From: the human T2T-CHM13v2.0 reference genome, Homo sapiens
Assembly: GCF_009914755.1 (NCBI RefSeq)
Contig: NC_060931.1
Reading direction: 5' to 3' (one strand)
Length of the DNA: 64,000 nt
The notes beneath the pieces are model-generated. The model did not search any database. It saw nothing but the letters and a program-made list of their open reading frames with translations, and had not been told where the DNA came from. The stretch's first letter is position 1; each line of letters starts with the position of its first letter. Shown one piece after another: positions 63,762 to 64,000 of this stretch. The position numbers were made by a program, and so were the translations under genes.

Positions 63762-64000
63762 TGATAGGTTTGTTGTCCAATGCACTGCAAGTCAATATAC
63801 TGAGACACTAAGTTGAAGCAAAGAAAGAGTTTTAATTTTAAGGCTGCCAAATGAAGAGGTAAGAGGACTCCTCAAATCTGTCTCCCCAAGGAATTTGGGG
63901 CTAGGGTTGGGTTCTTAAGCGTTTTGGTGTCGACCAAAGTGTGGAGACCATTGATTGGTGGAAGAGTGCAGGGTGAAGTCATGGAACAGAGAGGTGGAGA
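63762..64000 (-). mobile_element. MER4-group ERV1 LTR (MER49/LTR8-like), running off the window
   Basis: tgataggtttgttgtccaatgcac..gcaaagaaagagtttt..cctcaaatctgtctcccc..gggctaggg..attgattgg. Confidence 0.7.

Overview
This is hominoid (most likely human) nuclear DNA: AT-rich, CpG-poor and dominated by transposon relics. It holds nested L1 fragments of several ages, Alus (J, S and a young Ye-like copy), two THE1 MaLR proviruses, three MST solo LTRs, a full LTR12C-type (ERV9) solo LTR, MER39-like and MER4-group LTRs, and Tigger-derived MITEs (MER44A, MER47A). I can support no protein-coding gene, RNA gene or CRISPR array. Most listed ORFs are decayed L1, Alu, THE1 or LTR12 sequence or chance ORFs. 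Family names come from recalled consensus motifs, so subfamily calls need RepeatMasker/Dfam confirmation. The most notable observations are: (1) a diverged ~650-bp direct repeat (49980-50610 vs 57490-58140) that keeps a minus-strand acceptor-like site and AATAAA, bracketing an LTR12C promoter on the same strand; (2) several micro fold-back/template-switch footprints, including an LTR fragment copied into its own THE1 internal region; (3) several L1s with inversions or multi-kb internal deletions. I do not see convincing evidence of a new biological system; these are structural leads.
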